Source of the DNA: Rhizobium sp.
GTDB lineage: Bacteria > Pseudomonadota > Alphaproteobacteria > Rhizobiales > Rhizobiaceae
NCBI GenBank assembly: GCA_027533385.1
Contig: JAPZUE010000009.1
Location: 174,486-238,485, forward strand
Direction: 5' to 3'
Length of the DNA: 64,000 nt
The position numbers and the translations under genes are program-made. The notes under the pieces are model-generated. The model made no database searches. It was not told where the DNA came from and worked only from the letters and a program-made list of their open reading frames with translations. This document shows, piece by piece, positions 1 through 9,661 of the stretch (positions are counted from its first letter, which is position 1; each line of letters starts with the position of its first letter).

Positions 1-37
1 CGCTGCCAAGAAGATCGTCGCGGCGATCAACGGCTAA
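1..37 (+). CDS. sucC: Succinyl-CoA synthetase beta subunit, 3' end only (partial)
   Basis: Frame from base 2 reads AAKKIVAAING-stop directly upstream of sucD; the position matches sucC. Confidence 0.75.
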   Translation, partial: AAKKIVAAING

Positions 38-54
38 TCTGAGGAACCTATTCG

Positions 55-957
55 ATGTCCATTCTTGTAAACAAGAACACCAAGGTCCTCGTTCAGGGCC
101 TGACCGGCAAGACCGGTACCTTCCACACCGAACAGGCGCTCGCCTATTACGGCACGCAGATGGTCGGCGGTATCCATCCGAAGAAGGGTGGCGAAAACTG
201 GACCGGCTCCAAGGGTGAAACCCTGCCGATCTTCGCGACCGTCGCCGAAGCCAAGGAAAAGACCGGTGCAGATGCATCCGTGATCTACGTTCCGCCGGCA
301 GGTGCAGCCGATGCCATCATCGAGGCGATCGACGCTGAGATCCCGTTCATCACCTGCATCACCGAGGGTATCCCGGTCATGGATATGGTGCGGGTCAAGG
401 CCAAGCTCGACAAGTCCAAGTCGCGTCTGCTGGGCCCCAACTGCCCGGGCATCCTGACGCCGGAAGAGTGCAAGATCGGCATCATGCCGGGCTCGATCTT
501 CCGCAAGGGTTCGGTCGGCATCGTCTCGCGTTCGGGAACACTGACCTATGAAGCCGTGTTCCAGACCTCGAACGAAGGCCTCGGCCAGACGACCGCCGTC
601 GGTATCGGTGGCGACCCGGTCAAGGGTACCGAATTCATCGACGTGCTTGAGATGTTCCTGGCCGATCCGGCCACCACCTCGATCATCATGATCGGCGAAA
701 TCGGCGGCTCGGCTGAAGAAGATGCGGCGCAGTTCCTCATCGATGAAGCCAAGAAGGGCCGCAAGAAGCCGATGGCCGGCTTCATCGCGGGCCGTACGGC
801 TCCGAAGGGCCGCACCATGGGCCATGCCGGTGCTGTCGTTTCCGGTGGCAAGGGCGATGCCGAATCGAAGATCGCTGCCATGGAAGCCGCCGGCATCAAG
901 GTTTCGCCTTCGCCGGCACGTCTGGGCAAGACCCTGGTCGAAGTCCTCAAGGGCTGA
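55..957 (+). CDS. sucD: Succinyl-CoA synthetase alpha subunit
   Basis: [25 protein letters not shown]-terminus, LLGPNCPG, and the phospho-His motif RTMGHAGA. Confidence 0.98.
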   Translation: MSILVNKNTKVLVQGLTGKTGTFHTEQALAYYGTQMVGGIHPKKGGENWTGSKGETLPIFATVAEAKEKTGADASVIYVPPAGAADAIIEAIDAEIPFITCITEGIPVMDMVRVKAKLDKSKSRLLGPNCPGILTPEECKIGIMPGSIFRKGSVGIVSRSGTLTYEAVFQTSNEGLGQTTAVGIGGDPVKGTEFIDVLEMFLADPATTSIIMIGEIGGSAEEDAAQFLIDEAKKGRKKPMAGFIAGRTAPKGRTMGHAGAVVSGGKGDAESKIAAMEAAGIKVSPSPARLGKTLVEVLKG

Positions 958-975
958 GACCTGACGAAAATCAAG

Positions 976-1011
976 CCAGGCGAAGGGTTGGTCAGGTAAC
1001 CCTCCGCCTGG
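976..1011 (+). other. Intercistronic hairpin (13 of 14 bp paired, 8-nt loop) between sucD and sucA
   Basis: CCAGGCGAAGGGTT (976-989) pairs with AACCCTCCGCCTGG (998-1011) with one mismatch. There is no U-tract. Confidence 0.6.
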
Positions 1012-1120
1012 ACTTTGCATATCTGAGGCGATCCGCTGTTGGAAGCGATCGCGAGCGGCAGGCCGGGCATCCGGCCATCAATTCTAGTCGGGAGGCGAGC
1101 CGAGACGCTCGCGAAACACC

Positions 1121-4117
1121 ATGGGTAGGCAAGAAGCCAACGAGCAGTTTCTGATCACGTCCTTCCTCGACGGATCGAATGCGGCCTATATCGAACAGCT
1201 TTACGCACGCTATCAGGAAGACCCCTCCTCGGTCTCCGAAGAGTGGCGTGCCTTCTTCAAGGCACTCGCCGACAATCCCGGTGACGTGAAGAAGGCGGCA
1301 TCGGGCGCCTCCTGGAAGCGCAAGAACTGGCCGATCGCTGAGGGCGGCGATCTCGTCAATGCGCTCGACGGCAACTGGGGCGTGGTCGAGAAGGCCATCG
1401 AAAAGAAGGTTCAGGCCAAGGCCGAAGCCACCGCCGCTTCGACCGGCAAGGCCGTGTCCGAAGCCGAAGTGCTGCAGGCAACGCGCGATTCGGTTCGCGC
1501 CATCATGATGATCCGCGCCTATCGCATGCGCGGTCACCTGCATGCCAAGCTTGACCCGCTTGGTCTCGCCGCCCCGGTCGAGGACTACAACGAGCTCTCG
1601 CCGTCTGCCTATGGCTTCACCGAAGCCGATTACAGCCGCAAGATCTTCATCGACAACGTGCTGGGTCTGGAATACGCCACGATCCCGCAGATGCTCGATA
1701 TACTGCAGCGCACCTATTGCTCGACGCTTGGCGTCGAGTTCATGCACATCTCCAATCCCGAAGAAAAGGCCTGGATCCAGGAGCGTATCGAAGGCCCCGG
1801 CAAGGGCGTCGAATTCACGCCGAACGGCAAGAAGGCCATCCTCCAGAAGCTGATCGAGGCCGAAGGCTTCGAGCAGTTCATCGACGTCAAGTACAAGGGC
1901 ACCAAGCGCTTCGGCCTTGATGGCGGTGAATCGCTGATCCCGGCGCTTGAACAGATCATCAAGCGCGGTGGCCAGGAAGGCATGGAAGAGATCGTTCTCG
2001 GCATGGCCCATCGTGGCCGCCTGAACGTGCTCTCCCAGGTCATGGGCAAGCCGCATCGCGCCATCTTTCACGAGTTCAAGGGCGGTTCGTTCAAGCCCGA
2101 CGAAGTCGAAGGCTCGGGCGACGTCAAGTATCACCTCGGCGCTTCCTCGGACCGCGAGTTCGATGGCAACAAGGTGCATCTATCGCTGACGGCCAACCCG
2201 TCGCACCTTGAAATCGTCAACCCTGTCGTCATGGGCAAGGCCCGTGCAAAGCAGGACCAGCTCGCCAAGGTCTTCGACGGCGACATCATCCCGCTGAAGG
2301 AGCGCGCCAAGGTTCTGCCGCTGCTGCTGCATGGTGATGCGGCCTTTGCCGGCCAGGGCGTCGTTGCCGAAATCCTCGGTCTCTCCGGTCTGCGCGGTCA
2401 CCGCGTCGCCGGCACGATGCACTTCATCATCAACAACCAGATCGGCTTCACCACCAATCCGGCCTTCTCGCGCTCGTCGCCCTATCCGTCCGACGTCGCC
2501 AAGATGATCGAAGCGCCGATCTTCCACGTCAATGGTGACGATCCGGAAGCCGTCGTCTACGCGGCCAAGGTCGCGACCGAATACCGGATGAAGTTCCACA
2601 AGCCTGTCGTCGTCGACATGTTCTGCTATCGCCGCTTCGGTCACAACGAAGGCGACGAGCCGAGCTTCACCCAGCCGAAGATGTACAAGGAAATCCGCGC
2701 CCATAAGACGGTCGTCCAGCTCTATGGCGAGCGTCTGATCGCGGAAGGCCTGATCTCGGAAGGCGAACTCGAGAAGTTGAAGGCCGACTGGCGCGCCCAT
2801 CTCGAGCAGGAGTTCGAAGCAGGCCAGAGCTACAAGCCGAACAAGGCCGACTGGCTGGATGGAGCCTGGTCGGGTCTCAGGACCGCCGACAATGCCGACG
2901 AGCAGCGTCGCGGCAAGACCGCCGTACCGATGAAGCAGCTGAAGGAAATCGGCCGCAAGCTGTCGACCATTCCGGAAGGTTTCAAGGCGCACCGCACGAT
3001 CCAGCGCTTCATGGAAAACCGTGCGCAGATGATCGAGACCGGCGAAGGCATCGACTGGGCCATGGGCGAAGCGCTCGCCTTCGGTTCGCTGTGCGTCGAA
3101 GGCCACAAGATCCGTCTGTCGGGTCAGGATTGCGAACGCGGCACCTTCTCGCAGCGTCACTCGGTTCTCTACGATCAGGAGACCGAAGACCGTTACATCC
3201 CGCTCGCCAATCTGGCGCCGAACCAGGCTCGCTACGAAGTCATCAACTCGATGCTGTCGGAAGAGGCCGTGCTCGGCTTCGAATACGGCTATTCGCTGGC
3301 CCGTCCGAATGCGCTGACGCTCTGGGAAGCCCAGTTCGGCGACTTCGCCAACGGTGCACAGGTCGTCTTCGACCAGTTCATCTCCTCGGGTGAGCGCAAG
3401 TGGCTGCGTATGTCCGGTCTCGTCTGCCTCCTGCCGCACGGCTATGAAGGTCAGGGTCCGGAGCATTCGTCCGCCCGCCTCGAGCGCTTCCTGCAGCTCT
3501 GCGCTGAAGACAACATGCAGGTCGCCAACGTCACGACGCCGGCGAACTACTTCCACATCCTGCGCCGTCAGGTGAAGCGTGACTTCCGCAAGCCGCTGAT
3601 CATGATGACGCCCAAGTCGCTGCTGCGCCACAAGCGTGCAACGTCGAGCCTTGCCGAAATGGCCGGCGAAAGCTCGTTCCACCGTCTGCTGTGGGACGAT
3701 GCCGAGGTCATCAAGGACGGCCCGATCAAGCTGCAGAAGGATGCGAAGATCCGTCGTGTCGTCATGTGCACGGGCAAGGTCTATTACGATCTGCTCGAAG
3801 AGCGCGAAAAGCGCGGCATCGACGACATCTACCTGCTGCGCATCGAACAGCTCTATCCCTTCCCGGCCAAGGCGCTCATCAACGAGCTCTCGCGCTTCCG
3901 CAATGCGGAGATGGTCTGGTGCCAGGAAGAGCCGAAGAACATGGGCGCCTGGTCGTTCATCGATCCGTATCTGGAATGGGTGCTTGCCCATATCGACGCC
4001 AAGTACCAGCGCGTGCGCTACACCGGTCGTCCGGCTGCCGCATCGCCGGCAACGGGCCTGATGTCGAAGCACCTCGCCCAGCTCGAAGCCTTCCTCGAGG
4101 ACGCACTGGGCGGTTGA
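1121..4117 (+). CDS. sucA: 2-oxoglutarate dehydrogenase E1
   Basis: 998 aa; GMAHRGRLN, ThDP motif HGDAAF...NN, WEAQFGDFAN, PHGYEGQGPEHSSAR. Confidence 0.98.
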   Translation: MGRQEANEQFLITSFLDGSNAAYIEQLYARYQEDPSSVSEEWRAFFKALADNPGDVKKAASGASWKRKNWPIAEGGDLVNALDGNWGVVEKAIEKKVQAKAEATAASTGKAVSEAEVLQATRDSVRAIMMIRAYRMRGHLHAKLDPLGLAAPVEDYNELSPSAYGFTEADYSRKIFIDNVLGLEYATIPQMLDILQRTYCSTLGVEFMHISNPEEKAWIQERIEGPGKGVEFTPNGKKAILQKLIEAEGFEQFIDVKYKGTKRFGLDGGESLIPALEQIIKRGGQEGMEEIVLGMAHRGRLNVLSQVMGKPHRAIFHEFKGGSFKPDEVEGSGDVKYHLGASSDREFDGNKVHLSLTANPSHLEIVNPVVMGKARAKQDQLAKVFDGDIIPLKERAKVLPLLLHGDAAFAGQGVVAEILGLSGLRGHRVAGTMHFIINNQIGFTTNPAFSRSSPYPSDVAKMIEAPIFHVNGDDPEAVVYAAKVATEYRMKFHKPVVVDMFCYRRFGHNEGDEPSFTQPKMYKEIRAHKTVVQLYGERLIAEGLISEGELEKLKADWRAHLEQEFEAGQSYKPNKADWLDGAWSGLRTADNADEQRRGKTAVPMKQLKEIGRKLSTIPEGFKAHRTIQRFMENRAQMIETGEGIDWAMGEALAFGSLCVEGHKIRLSGQDCERGTFSQRHSVLYDQETEDRYIPLANLAPNQARYEVINSMLSEEAVLGFEYGYSLARPNALTLWEAQFGDFANGAQVVFDQFISSGERKWLRMSGLVCLLPHGYEGQGPEHSSARLERFLQLCAEDNMQVANVTTPANYFHILRRQVKRDFRKPLIMMTPKSLLRHKRATSSLAEMAGESSFHRLLWDDAEVIKDGPIKLQKDAKIRRVVMCTGKVYYDLLEEREKRGIDDIYLLRIEQLYPFPAKALINELSRFRNAEMVWCQEEPKNMGAWSFIDPYLEWVLAHIDAKYQRVRYTGRPAAASPATGLMSKHLAQLEAFLEDALGG

Positions 4118-4174
4118 TCCGCCCAGTCTTTCCCTCGCAGACCGTAACGTTCTCTGATCAACGGAATTGAGATC

Positions 4175-5407
4175 ATGGCCACTGAAATCCGCGTACCCAC
4201 CCTCGGCGAATCCGTCAGCGAAGCCACTGTCGGCACCTGGTTCAAGAAGGTCGGTGACACCGTCAAGGCCGACGAACCGCTCGTCGAACTGGAAACCGAC
4301 AAGGTGACCGTCGAAGTCCCGTCGCCGGTCTCCGGCGTCCTGACCGAAATCGTCGCCCAGAATGGCGAGACCGTCGGTCTCGGCGCTCTGCTCGGCCAGA
4401 TCGCCGAAGGTGCTGCCGGTTCTGCCGGTGCCGCAGCTCCGGCTCCGGCCGCAGCCCCTGCTGCCGCCCCGGCACCTGTCGCCGCTGCCGCTCCGGCGCC
4501 TGCTGCTGCCTCTTCCATGCCGGCCGCCCCGGCGGCTGCCAAGCTTGCTGCCGACAACAACATCTCGACCGCCGACGTCGACGGCTCCGGCAAGCGTGGC
4601 CAGGTGCTGAAGGGCGACGTGATCGCTGCCATCGCCAAGGGCGTTTCCGCTCCGGCGCCTGCTGCCGCTCCGGCGGCTCCCCGTCCGGCCTCTTCGGCTG
4701 ACGATGCCTCGCGCGAAGAGCGCGTGAAGATGACCCGCCTGCGCCAGACGATCGCCAAGCGCCTGAAGGATGCCCAGAACACCGCTGCCATGCTGACCAC
4801 CTATAACGAGGTGGACATGAAGGCGGTCATGGACCTGCGCAACCGCTACAAGGACATCTTCGAGAAGAAGCATGGCGTGAAGCTCGGCTTCATGGGCTTC
4901 TTCACCAAGGCCGTCACGCATGCGCTGAAGGAACTGCCGGCCGTCAACGCCGAAATCGACGGCACCGACATCATCTACAAGAACTACTGCCATGTCGGCG
5001 TTGCCGTCGGCACGGACAAGGGCCTCGTCGTTCCCGTCGTGCGCGATGCCGACCAGATGTCGATCGCCGAAATCGAGAAGGATATCGGTCGCCTCGGCAA
5101 GGCTGCCCGTGACGGTCAGCTGTCGATGGCCGACATGCAGGGCGGTACATTCACCATCTCGAACGGCGGCGTCTACGGTTCGCTGATGTCCTCGCCGATC
5201 CTGAATGCTCCGCAGTCGGGTATCCTCGGCATGCACAAGATCCAGGACCGTCCTGTTGTCGTCGGCGGCCAGATCGTCATCCGTCCGATGATGTATCTCG
5301 CGCTCTCCTACGATCACCGCATCGTCGACGGCAAGGAAGCCGTCACCTTCCTCGTTCGCGTCAAGGAGAGCCTTGAGGATCCGGAACGTCTGGTTCTCGA
5401 TCTCTAA
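4175..5407 (+). CDS. sucB: Dihydrolipoamide succinyltransferase E2
   Basis: Lipoyl motif ETDKV, Ala/Pro linker, catalytic DHRIVDG. Confidence 0.98.
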   Translation: MATEIRVPTLGESVSEATVGTWFKKVGDTVKADEPLVELETDKVTVEVPSPVSGVLTEIVAQNGETVGLGALLGQIAEGAAGSAGAAAPAPAAAPAAAPAPVAAAAPAPAAASSMPAAPAAAKLAADNNISTADVDGSGKRGQVLKGDVIAAIAKGVSAPAPAAAPAAPRPASSADDASREERVKMTRLRQTIAKRLKDAQNTAAMLTTYNEVDMKAVMDLRNRYKDIFEKKHGVKLGFMGFFTKAVTHALKELPAVNAEIDGTDIIYKNYCHVGVAVGTDKGLVVPVVRDADQMSIAEIEKDIGRLGKAARDGQLSMADMQGGTFTISNGGVYGSLMSSPILNAPQSGILGMHKIQDRPVVVGGQIVIRPMMYLALSYDHRIVDGKEAVTFLVRVKESLEDPERLVLDL

Positions 5408-5419
5408 GGAGAGCTCACG

Positions 5420-5833
5420 ATGGAGCCGGTATCCGCGTCCGCCTCTCCGCTCGTCCTGCTCCTTGCCTGGAGCGTGGTCCTGCTGGTGGTGCATGTCCTC
5501 ACGCAGGGCATGCTCGCCACAAAGGAGCTGGGCACGCAGTGGAATGCCGGCCCGCGTGACGACAACAAGCAGCCGGCGAGCAAACTCGCCGGTCGTGCTG
5601 CCCGCGCATCATCGAATTTTCGCGAGACCTATCCGGCCTTTGTGGCGCTTGCCGCTGGCTTGCTCTTTACCGGCGAGTCTCAGGGTCTCGGGCTGACCGG
5701 CGCGATCGTCTGGTTCGTTGGGCGCATCGTCTACTACCCGCTCTATCTGGCGGGCGTTCCCTATATCCGCTCGCTTGTCTGGACCGGCTCGATGGTTGGC
5801 CTTGGCCTGATGTTCCTCGCACTGGTGTTTTGA
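5420..5833 (+). CDS. MAPEG-family membrane protein
   Basis: Four hydrophobic segments and RAARASSNFRETYPAF, the typical MAPEG R-x-x-x-N-x-x-E pattern. Confidence 0.75.
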   Translation: MEPVSASASPLVLLLAWSVVLLVVHVLTQGMLATKELGTQWNAGPRDDNKQPASKLAGRAARASSNFRETYPAFVALAAGLLFTGESQGLGLTGAIVWFVGRIVYYPLYLAGVPYIRSLVWTGSMVGLGLMFLALVF

Positions 5834-5841
5834 GGTGGATC

Positions 5842-6336
5842 ATGGGCGCGTCATCAGGGGCAACCGTTCTTCTTGCCGCGCTTGCGTTCTCTCAGGCGGC
5901 GTCTGCCGCTGACTGCCTGATCGAGAAAGCCACCTATCGCGAAGCCGAAACCGGGGTCGAGCTTGTGTTTGCCGCCGCCAGCGGCGAAAACACGCCCGTC
6001 ACCCATGGCTTCCGCAGCGAGATCGGCAAGTTCAAGCTCAACGGCCATGTGCTCTACGATCCCGAGATCGAGCGGCCGATCGGCATGCTGATGAACAATT
6101 GCCCCGATGGTGACGTGACCGGCGCGACGATTGCCGCCTGCACCGTCTGGAAGGGTATCGTCTACGCCGTTGATGAAACAACTGGTCATGTCGACCTTCT
6201 CCCGCCTGAGGGTGCTAGCGCCCCCGATGTTCTTCTCCTTCCCGGCTTCGGCCCCGCCATCCTGCAGTCGGTTGTCGGCAAGGGCATGGAAAGCGCGCCC
6301 TGGGATGTGTTCGAGTTCAAGGGATGCGCCTCATGA
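5842..6336 (+). CDS. Hypothetical exported protein with four Cys
   Basis: Signal-peptide-like N-terminus (LLAALAFSQAASA|AD). RBS GAGGTGG precedes ATG 5842 (alternative TTG 5830). Its stop overlaps the next ATG (ATGA). Confidence 0.7.
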   Translation: MGASSGATVLLAALAFSQAASAADCLIEKATYREAETGVELVFAAASGENTPVTHGFRSEIGKFKLNGHVLYDPEIERPIGMLMNNCPDGDVTGATIAACTVWKGIVYAVDETTGHVDLLPPEGASAPDVLLLPGFGPAILQSVVGKGMESAPWDVFEFKGCAS

Positions 6337-7082
6337 CCAGCCGTCCGCTTCTTCTCGTCACTGGCGGGAGCCGTGGCATCGGCGCTGCCGTCAGCCGCAA
6401 GGCTGCAGCACAGGGTTACGACCTCATCATCAACTATCGTTCTGACAAACAGGCCGCCGAGGCCGTTGCCGCCGACTGCCGCGCGCTTGGCGCCCGTGCC
6501 GAAATCGTCCAGGGCGACACTGCTGACGAAGAGGGCATCGCCGCCATCTTTGCCGCCGCCGATCGCCTCGGACCTCTCCATGGTCTCGTCAACAATGCCG
6601 GCGTTGTCGATGTCACCGCGCGGGTCGAGGAATTCGACCGGGCGCGGCTCGACCGCATGTTTGCCGTCAATGTGATCGGCAAGATCCGCTGTGCCACGGA
6701 AGCCGTGAAGCGCATGTCGACGAAGCATGGCGGCAAGGGTGGCGTGATCGTCAACATCTCCTCCATGGCCGCCGTGATCGGCAGTGCCTCGCAATATGTC
6801 GACTATGCCGCCGCCAAGGCTGCGGTGGATACCTTCACGGTGGGCTTGTCCCGCGAGGTCGCAACCGAAGGCATCCGGGTCAATGCTGTCAGGCCCGGCA
6901 TCATCGACACCGAAATCCATGCATCCGGCGGCCTGCCGAACCGTGCCCGTGATCTCGCTCCCATCGTCCCAATGCAGCGACCCGGCACGGCGGACGAAGT
7001 GGCCGACAGCGTTCTTTATCTCCTCTCGCCTCAGGCATCCTATGTGACGGGTGCCCTCTTGAATGTCAGCGGCGGTCGGTAA
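6333..7082 (+). CDS. SDR-family oxidoreductase (YgfF-like)
   Basis: TGGSRGIG, NNAG, catalytic YAAAK, VNAVRPG. Confidence 0.9.
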   Translation: MTSRPLLLVTGGSRGIGAAVSRKAAAQGYDLIINYRSDKQAAEAVAADCRALGARAEIVQGDTADEEGIAAIFAAADRLGPLHGLVNNAGVVDVTARVEEFDRARLDRMFAVNVIGKIRCATEAVKRMSTKHGGKGGVIVNISSMAAVIGSASQYVDYAAAKAAVDTFTVGLSREVATEGIRVNAVRPGIIDTEIHASGGLPNRARDLAPIVPMQRPGTADEVADSVLYLLSPQASYVTGALLNVSGGR

Positions 7083-7107
7083 CCGTCGAAAACGAAGGAA
7101 GCTCCCC

Positions 7108-8514
7108 ATGTCTTATGATGTCATCGTTATCGGCTCCGGCCCCGGCGGCTATGTCTGCGCCATCAAGGCGGCCCAGCTCGGCATGAAGGTTGCCGTGGTC
7201 GAGAAGCGCGCCACCTATGGCGGCACCTGCCTCAACATCGGCTGCATCCCGTCCAAGGCCCTGCTGCACGCGTCGGAAGTCTTCCACCATGCCGCCCATG
7301 GCATGGCTGATCTCGGTGTCGAGGTCGGCGCACCGACGCTGAACCTGCCGAAGATGATGGCGCACAAGGACGCGACCGTGAAGTCGAACGTCGAGGGCGT
7401 CGCCTTCCTGTTCAAGAAGAACAAGATCGACGGCATCCAGGGCACTGGCAAGATCCTCGGTGCGGGCAAGGTGCAGGTCACCAACGATGCGGGTGAAGTC
7501 CAGGTCCTCGAAACCAAGAACATCGTGATTGCCACCGGTTCCGACGTCGCCGGCATCCCGGGCGTTGCCGTCGAGATCGACGAGAAGGTCATCGTGTCCT
7601 CGACCGGTGGTATCGCGCTTGAGAAGGTCCCCGCCAAGATGATCGTTGTCGGCGGCGGTGTCATCGGCCTTGAGCTCGGCTCCGTCTGGTCGCGCCTCGG
7701 TGCCAAGGTGACCGTCGTCGAATATCTCGACACGATCCTCGGCGGCATGGACGGCGAAGTCTCCAAGCAGTTCCAGCGCATCCTTGCCAAGCAGGGCATG
7801 GAATTCAATCTCGGCGCCAAGGTCACCGGTGTGGTGAAGTCGGGTGATGGCGCCAAGGTTACGTTCGAGCCGGTCAAGGGTGGCGAAGCCCAGACGCTCG
7901 ACGCCGATGTCGTGCTCGTCGCAACCGGCCGCAAGCCCTACACCGCAGGCCTCGGCCTCGAAGAAGCCGGCGTTGCGCTTGATAATCGCGGCCGCGTCGA
8001 AATCGACGGCCACTACCGCACCAATGTCGCCGGCATCTATGCCATTGGCGACGTGGTCAAGGGCCCGATGCTCGCCCACAAGGCGGAAGACGAAGGCGTG
8101 GCGCTTGCCGAAATCCTCGCTGGCCAGCATGGCCACGTGAACTACGAGGTCATTCCGGGCGTCGTCTACACCCAGCCGGAAGTCGCCTCCGTCGGCAAGA
8201 CCGAGGAAGAGCTGAAGGCCGCAGGCGTATCCTACAAGGTCGGCAAGTTTCCGTTCACGGCGAATGGCCGCGCCCGCGCCATGCTCGCCTCGGATGGCTT
8301 CGTCAAGGTTCTCGCCGACAAGGACACGGACCGCGTTCTCGGCGTGCACATCATCGGCCTCGGTGCCGGCGAAATGATCCACGAAGCGGCTGTGCTGATG
8401 GAATTCGGTGGTTCGTCGGAAGATCTCGGCCGCACCTGCCACGCGCATCCGACCATGTCGGAAGCCGTGAAGGAAGCCGCACTCGCGACCTTCTTCAAGC
8501 CGCTGCATATGTGA
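7108..8514 (+). CDS. lpdA: Dihydrolipoamide dehydrogenase E3
   Basis: GSGPGG, redox disulfide GGTCLNIGCIPSK, C-terminal HAHPTMSE; start taken at MSYDV. Confidence 0.97.
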   Translation: MSYDVIVIGSGPGGYVCAIKAAQLGMKVAVVEKRATYGGTCLNIGCIPSKALLHASEVFHHAAHGMADLGVEVGAPTLNLPKMMAHKDATVKSNVEGVAFLFKKNKIDGIQGTGKILGAGKVQVTNDAGEVQVLETKNIVIATGSDVAGIPGVAVEIDEKVIVSSTGGIALEKVPAKMIVVGGGVIGLELGSVWSRLGAKVTVVEYLDTILGGMDGEVSKQFQRILAKQGMEFNLGAKVTGVVKSGDGAKVTFEPVKGGEAQTLDADVVLVATGRKPYTAGLGLEEAGVALDNRGRVEIDGHYRTNVAGIYAIGDVVKGPMLAHKAEDEGVALAEILAGQHGHVNYEVIPGVVYTQPEVASVGKTEEELKAAGVSYKVGKFPFTANGRARAMLASDGFVKVLADKDTDRVLGVHIIGLGAGEMIHEAAVLMEFGGSSEDLGRTCHAHPTMSEAVKEAALATFFKPLHM

Positions 8515-8525
8515 GGCGGCCCGAT

Positions 8526-8550
8526 CTGACATAGGTCAAATATTATATTT
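8526..8550. promoter_or_regulatory. FNR/FixK-like box plus an AT palindrome upstream of the cytochrome b gene
   Basis: CTGAC-ATAG-GTCAA (8526-8539) is one mismatch from TTGAY-N4-RTCAA. AAATAT-T-ATATTT lies at 8538-8550. Confidence 0.4.
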
Positions 8551-8561
8551 CGGTAAGGTTG

Positions 8562-8594
8562 AAGGTCGTCGCTTGTACCCCAGGCGGCGACCTT
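8562..8594 (+). terminator. Hairpin after lpdA, possible terminator or stabiliser
   Basis: AAGGTCGTCGCTTG / CAGGCGGCGACCTT forms a 14-bp stem with G-U pairs and a 5-nt loop; the U-tract is short. Confidence 0.5.
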
Positions 8595-8643
8595 TATCAT
8601 GTGTGGTCAGTGCCTCCCTTTGCTCCTCCCGAAAGGCAAGACC

Positions 8644-9144
8644 ATGGCCCATGTCGCACCCGCGTCCTATTCGATCCCGCAGAAGGCCCTGCATTGGCTG
8701 ATGGCCTTGCTCATCCTGTTCAACCTCATCTTCTCGGATGCGATGGAGGAGGTGGCCGAAGCCTATGAGCGCGGCGAGGTGCCTTCCCCCGAAAACCTGA
8801 CCTTCGCCAATATCCATGCCTATGCGGGGATCGCCGTGCTCTGTCTCGGGCTCGTTCGTCTCGCCATCCGGCTGACCCGTGGCGCGCCGCCGGCGCCGGC
8901 CGAGGAGCCGCCACTTCTGCAACTCGCTGCCAAGCTTGCGCATGGCACCTTTTATGCCCTCTTCTTCCTCATCCCACTGAGCGGCATCGGCGCCTACTAC
9001 TTCGGCAATGAAACCGCAGGCTTTCTGCATGGCGGTCCGCTGAAAAGCCTGATGTGGCTTTTGATCGCAGTGCACATCATCGCGCTTCTGGTACACCAGT
9101 TCTACTGGAAGACGCCGGTTGCGACGCGCATGACGCGGGGGTGA
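8644..9144 (+). CDS. Cytochrome b561-family diheme membrane protein
   Basis: YS..QKALHW, IHAYAG, LAHGTFY, IAVHIIA: four heme-ligand His residues in TM helices. Confidence 0.85.
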   Translation: MAHVAPASYSIPQKALHWLMALLILFNLIFSDAMEEVAEAYERGEVPSPENLTFANIHAYAGIAVLCLGLVRLAIRLTRGAPPAPAEEPPLLQLAAKLAHGTFYALFFLIPLSGIGAYYFGNETAGFLHGGPLKSLMWLLIAVHIIALLVHQFYWKTPVATRMTRG

Positions 9145-9160
9145 CGGCAAGGGAGGATGG

Positions 9161-9661
9161 ATGGGTCTCGTCGTTGAAAAGCGTGTCACGCTTCCGCATC
9201 CCGACCTCCCCGAAGCCGACTGGGCCGACAGCTACAGTGTCCGCCTCGATCGAAACGATCTCGTGCCGATGGAGGTTGCGAGCGAGTTGATGGGGCGGGC
9301 GCCGCGCTGGGTCGCCGCTCTCCTCAAGATCCGCAACGTGATCGTCGGTTTCTTCGGATTGAAATCCGCCGAGCTTGAGCTGACGGGCCAGGACAGGATC
9401 GGTGGCTTTCCGGTTCTGATGCATGACGACCGGCACGTGCTGCTCGGCTTCAACGACAAACATCTCGATTTCCGGATCATCGTTGCTGTCGAGCCGGAGG
9501 GCGTCAGTCATCAGCATGTGTCGCTGACGACACTCGTCAAGCGACACAACCTCTTCGGTCGGATTTACATCCTTTTCGTCACGCCCTTTCACAGGCTGAT
9601 CGTAAAGACCTTCCTCAAGCGCTTTGCTGCCTCCAGGAGCGTCAGCCGTCTATCCGCGTGA
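9161..9661 (+). CDS. DUF2867-like protein
   Basis: ADWADSY, LLKIRNVIV.FFGLK, GFNDKHLDFRI, PFHRLIV pattern. Confidence 0.75.
   Translation: MGLVVEKRVTLPHPDLPEADWADSYSVRLDRNDLVPMEVASELMGRAPRWVAALLKIRNVIVGFFGLKSAELELTGQDRIGGFPVLMHDDRHVLLGFNDKHLDFRIIVAVEPEGVSHQHVSLTTLVKRHNLFGRIYILFVTPFHRLIVKTFLKRFAASRSVSRLSA

Noticed and set aside
4420-4700. GCT/CCG-rich repeats in sucB and the CAT/CAC tract at about 61440-61525
   Set aside because: These are coding low-complexity regions (Ala/Pro linker, His tract), not DNA repeat arrays or CRISPR. No CRISPR array was seen anywhere in the window.
992-5494. Very long antisense ORFs opposite sucA/sucB (for example 1104 aa at 2180-5494), and likewise opposite atp, fds, cox and priA
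   Set aside because: These are shadow frames produced by strong GC3 codon bias in highly expressed genes. They have no recognisable motifs and fully overlap well-supported genes.
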